Assembly (NCBI RefSeq): GCF_035084215.1
Contig: NC_090368.1
Coordinates: 5,332,001 to 5,396,000, forward strand
Length of the DNA: 64,000 bases
Source of the DNA: Heptranchias perlo
Taxonomy: Eukaryota
Direction of reading: 5' to 3'
The notes beneath the pieces were generated by a model that saw only the letters and a list, made by a program, of their open reading frames with translations, was not told the DNA's origin and made no database searches. Both the position numbers and the translations under genes were made by a program. This document shows, in pieces, positions 59,661-64,000 of the stretch. Position 1 is the stretch's first letter. Each line of letters starts with the position of its first letter.

Positions 59661-60468
59661 ATGTAACTCCCCTGCTCTTCCTCAAGACAGCGGCCATGGG
59701 ATCTTTTACGTCCGGGCAGACAGGGCCTCGGTTTAACGCCTCGTCCGAAAGACGGCACCTCCGACAGTGCAGCGCTCCCTCGGTACTGGCGCTGGGCGTG
59801 TCGGACTGGATCGCTGGCTCAGGAGTGGGGCTCGAACCCACGACCTTCTGACACAGAGGTGAGCGAGAGGCACTCACTGATACCGGCGATCAAAGGGATT
59901 GAGGGATATGGCCTGAAGGTGGGTCTAAGAGAGGGTTGATCTGTCGAAAATAGCCTGATCTGTCAGGCCCATGGGCCTTTTCTGTTCCGATTAGTGCTTG
60001 CGATGTAGCCGGTTATGAATCACCCAAAAGCGGCCCATCGATCTCGTCCCCATGTTCTGTTCAAAGGAGCAGCCATTTATACACACCCACAATCTACCAA
60101 TGGCATGCAACCTTTGAACATCATGCACACGCACACATACCCTCATGCTCGTGCGTAGAGCCGGCACGGACTCGATGGGCCGAGCGGCCTCCTTCTGTGC
60201 TGTGACCTTTCTATGATACACACACACTCGTGCACGTACATAGACACGCACGCACAGCGTTAACTCGGAGATGGGGGTGTGGGATTCAAAATTGGGATCT
60301 CCTTGTGCTGCACGGCCCAGCGTCGCACGGGACGAACCGATCTGTCGGTGGGACCCTTTCCATTCTCGCAAATTGCTGGTGCACTTTCGGTTTCCATTCG
60401 CTGAGGTTGATGCTCGTCTCGCCCACAGATTGGGGAAGGGAGCCGATCGCACAGACCCAGAGTGACGC

Positions 60469-61503
60469 AGGCCTCCGCCACACGGACCTCCGCCTCACGG
60501 ACCTCCCCCACACGGACCTCCCCCACACGGACCTCCCCCACACGTGGACCTCCGCCCCACGGACCTCCGCCCCACGGACCTCCCCCACACGTGGACCTCC
60601 GCCACTCGGACCTCCGCCACTCGGACCTCCGCCACTCGGACCTCCGCCCCACGGACCTCCGCCACTCGGACCTCCCACACGTGGACCTCCGCCACACGGA
60701 CCTCCGCCACTCGGACCTCCCACACGTGGACCTCCGCCACACGGACCTCCGCCACTCGGACCTCCCACACGTGGACCTCCGCCACACGGACCTCCGCCAC
60801 TCGGACCTCCGCCCCACGGACCTCCGCCACTCGGACCTCCCACACGTGGACCTCCGCCACACGGACCTCCGCCACTCGGACCTCCCACACGTGGACCTCC
60901 GCCACACGGACCTCCGCCACACGGACCTCCGCCACACGGACCTCCGCCACTCGGACCTCCGCCTCACGGTCCTCCGCCACACGGACCTCCGCCACTCGGA
61001 CCTCCCACACGTGGACCTCCGCCACACGGACCTCCGCCACTCGGACCTCCCACACGTGGACCTCCGCCCCACGGACCTCCGCCCCACGGACCTCCGCCCC
61101 ACGGACCTCCACCACTCGGACCTCCGTCTCACGGACCTCCGCCACTCGGACCTCCCACACGTGGACCTCCGCCACTCGGACCTCCCACACGTGGACCTCC
61201 GCCACACGGACCTCCGCCACTCGGACCTCCGCCCCACGGACCTCCGCCACTCGGACCTCCGCCACACGGACCTCCGCCACTCGGACCTCCGCCACACGGA
61301 CCTCCGCCTCACGGACCTCCGCCACTCGGACCTCCGCCTCACGGACCTCCGCCACTCGGACCTCCGCCTCACGGACCTCCGCCTCACGGACCTCCGCCTC
61401 ACGGACCTCCGCCACTCGGACCTCCGCCACTCGGACCTCCGCCTCACGGACCTCCGCCTCACGGACCTCCGCCTCACGGACCTCCGCCACTCGGACCTCC
61501 GCC
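60469..61503. repeat. 15-bp minisatellite (about 69 units)
   Basis: Unit cggacctccgccac(t/a) with interspersed tggacctcccacacg-type variants. Confidence 0.96.
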
Positions 61504-62244
61504 GCACTCTGAACACCAGGCAAATGTCGGGAAGCACTGCAACCAATACTCCCGACTCGTTCCAGAAGCTTCTTTTGGTGCTTGCGAATCAAAAGAAAGA
61601 CTTGCATTTCTATCGCACTTTCAGGACGTCCCAAAGCGCTTTACAGCCAACGAAGTACTTTTTTTCTGAAGCGCGGTCACCGTTGTAATGTAGGAAACGC
61701 GGCGGCCAATTTGCGCACAGCAAGATCCCACAAACAGCGATGTGATAAATGACCCAGATCATCTGGGGTTTTTTTTATTATTGCTATTGGCTAAGGGATA
61801 AATATCGGCCCCAGGACACCGGGGAGACCTCCCCGCTAGAAGGGCAGCACTCTCTCTCGCCTCTGAGTCAGAAGGTCGTGGGTTCGAGCCCCCGCTCCAG
61901 AACTCGAGCCGAGAGCTCCAGCCTCCGTGCCAGTACCGAGGGAGCGGTGGTGGTGGAAAGTTAGCAAAGGGAGAGTTGAATACCAATCAGGAGCTCTGCC
62001 TCCTTCTCTAACCCAGGGGGTGCCCGATGCCAGCTCGATCAACCCCAAACCTCCACCCAGGCTGTAATCAGCAAGCCAAACTGCAACCTCCCCGATCCGC
62101 GCGACTCAGTGGCTGGACAGATCAATTCAGTGAGCCCGGTATCTGTAATGGTGTCTTATGTTCCCCAGAGATCAAGAACATACAGAGGTTTAGTTTTTGC
62201 AATGCCGTTCGACACCACCAGATGGGGGTGTCGCCATACGTTAA

Positions 62245-62715
62245 AGAACTTGCATTTATATAGCGCCTTTCACCACCTTCAGGATGTCGCGAAGCCCTTC
62301 ACGGCCAATGAAATATTTTTTTTGAAGTGCGGTCGCTGTTGTAATGTAGGGAATCGCAGCAGCCAATTTGCGCACAGCAAGATCCCACAAACAGCAACGA
62401 GATAATGACCGGATCATCTGGGTTTTTTTTTTAAGTGATGTTGGTCGAGGGATAAATATCGGCCCCAGGACACCGGGGAGAACTCCCCCCCCCTGCTCTT
62501 CTCCCAATGGTGGCCGTGGGATCTTTTACGTCCATCTGAGAGGGGCCCTCGGTTTAACGTCTCATCCGAAAGACGGCACCTCCGACAGCGCAGCGCTCCC
62601 TCAGTACCGGCGCCGGGAGTGGATTTCGAGGCTCAAAGCCTCTGGAGTGGGGGCTCGACCCCACGATATTCTGACTCAGGGGCGAGAGTGGTTCTACTCT
62701 GAGCCACGGCTGACA
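62245..62715 (-). mobile_element. Deu-domain SINE, full length
   Basis: Family match including the tRNA-like head. Confidence 0.85.
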
Positions 62716-62974
62716 GCTCAAATTTAAGCAGGGCCTTACCACCTCTGAGAAACATCCCTAAACACACGTTGCAACGATGGAAAAGCTGCAGCAGAGATTC
62801 ATTGTTACCGGGGAAGAGAGACATGAGAAGTTTGGCTGTTTTGACTGGAGGGGTAGGGGGTGACCTGATGGAGGGTTACGATAAGGTTCAGAGTGATTGA
62901 TCGCTCCTGCTCGTAAATCTTTTAGAAAATTGGGAGTTTTAAAGGCCACGGGGAACGAGCAAGAGACAGACTCC

Positions 62975-63530
62975 GACTATTCCAACCCTCTCCTGGCCGG
63001 CCTCCCATCCCCCACCCTCCGTAAACTTCAGCTCATCCAAAACTCTGCTGCCCCCCCCCGTATCCCTAACTCGCACCGAGTCCCGTTCACCCATCACCCC
63101 CGCTGTGCTCGCTGACCTCCATTGGCTCCCGGGCTCCGGGAACCCCTCGATTTTAAAAATTCTCATCCTCGTCTTCAAATCCCCTCCATGGTCTCGCCCT
63201 CCCCACCTCCCTATCTCCGTAACCTCCTCCAGCCCCTACAACCCTCCGAGATCTCTGCGCTCCCCCAATTCTGGCCACTTGCCCATCCCCCGATTTCCAT
63301 CGCTCCACCATCGGCCGCCTAGGCCCTAAGCTCTGGAATTCCCTCCCTAAACCTCTCCGCCTCTCTCTCCTCCTTTAAGACGCTCCTTAAAACCTCCCTC
63401 TTTGACCGAGCTTTTGGTCACCAGTCCTAATATCTCCTTATGTGGCTCGGTGTCAGATTCTGTTTGATAATCGCTCCTGTGAAGCGCCTCGGGGACGTTT
63501 CACTACGTTAAAGGCGCTATATAAATGAGA
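62975..63530 (+). mobile_element. L2-clade LINE 3' end
   Basis: DYSNPLLAGLP..TLRKLQLIQNSAA...LADLHWLP. Confidence 0.88.
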
Positions 63531-64000
63531 GTGGAGGAAAATGCTAGCACAGGCTTGACGGGCTGAGCGGCCTGTTTCTGTTCCGGAACATTCTAGGACT
63601 GTTGTTGTTAGATGCAAGATAACAGCCCAGAGAATTCCTGTTTCTCATTTTCAGTAACTCGTAATCTCCCGCCTTCCAAGAATACGATTTTTATCAGGTC
63701 ATTTAATGACTAAGGGAAATAAACATTCGTCTTGTTTTTTTTCGCATCGGAAGAAGTATCCCTCTTAAAGTAAATAAAAAAGAAACACAGGGGGGGGGGG
63801 TAATATCATTCCCCAAGCAGAGACATTGGTTTCAAATTCTCCTCCTCTCGTTTGCGGGCCGAGAGAGGAGGGAAAATCGAGATCTTCCAATGGCGAAAAT
63901 TTTCCCTCAGTGAATGTAGACCTCGACCTAAGAACACAAAGTACGACAGAATTCTTGCATAGTTGTGAGGATTTATTAGTGTCAGGCCGCTGGTATCTAG

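Noticed and set aside
60230-61688. 479-aa Pro/Gly-rich ORF (GPPPL/GPPPH) and overlapping long ORFs
   Set aside because: A 15-bp minisatellite that is open in essentially all frames on both strands. It is not Gly-X-Y collagen, has no evident splice or promoter context, and runs into a SINE.

Overview
Vertebrate genomic DNA, most likely a shark or other cartilaginous fish (inferred from the repeat families: Deu-domain tRNA-SINE, CR1 and L2 LINEs, Penelope-like ends). It is GC-rich and very rich in minisatellites. Four spliced genes were rebuilt by hand from splice sites and reading-frame phase. In order: LYSMD1 (-, coding exons 1-2 only; the last exon was not found and probably lies left of the window), SCNM1 (+, 8 coding exons, 278 aa), TMOD4 (-, 9 coding exons, 348 aa) and VPS72/YL1 (-, 6 exons, 367 aa, one GC-AG intron). 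This matches the human 1q21.3 block as I recall it. Most long ORFs in the track are artefacts of tandem repeats or LINE fragments. The most notable non-coding observations are: (1) two fold-back Penelope-like insertions, each with a minimal hammerhead ribozyme motif lying antisense to its host gene; (2) about 13 ZNF143/THAP11-type ACTACA..TCCC motifs, mostly tandemly amplified, in the LYSMD1/SCNM1 bidirectional promoter; (3) a small dispersed repeat carrying a CTCF-like motif; (4) three minisatellites derived from CR1 LINE sequence; (5) a 2.4-kb array derived from a VPS72 splice donor; (6) a dispersed 63-bp satellite present as six arrays. No database searches or folding computations were run, and family names come from motif recognition.
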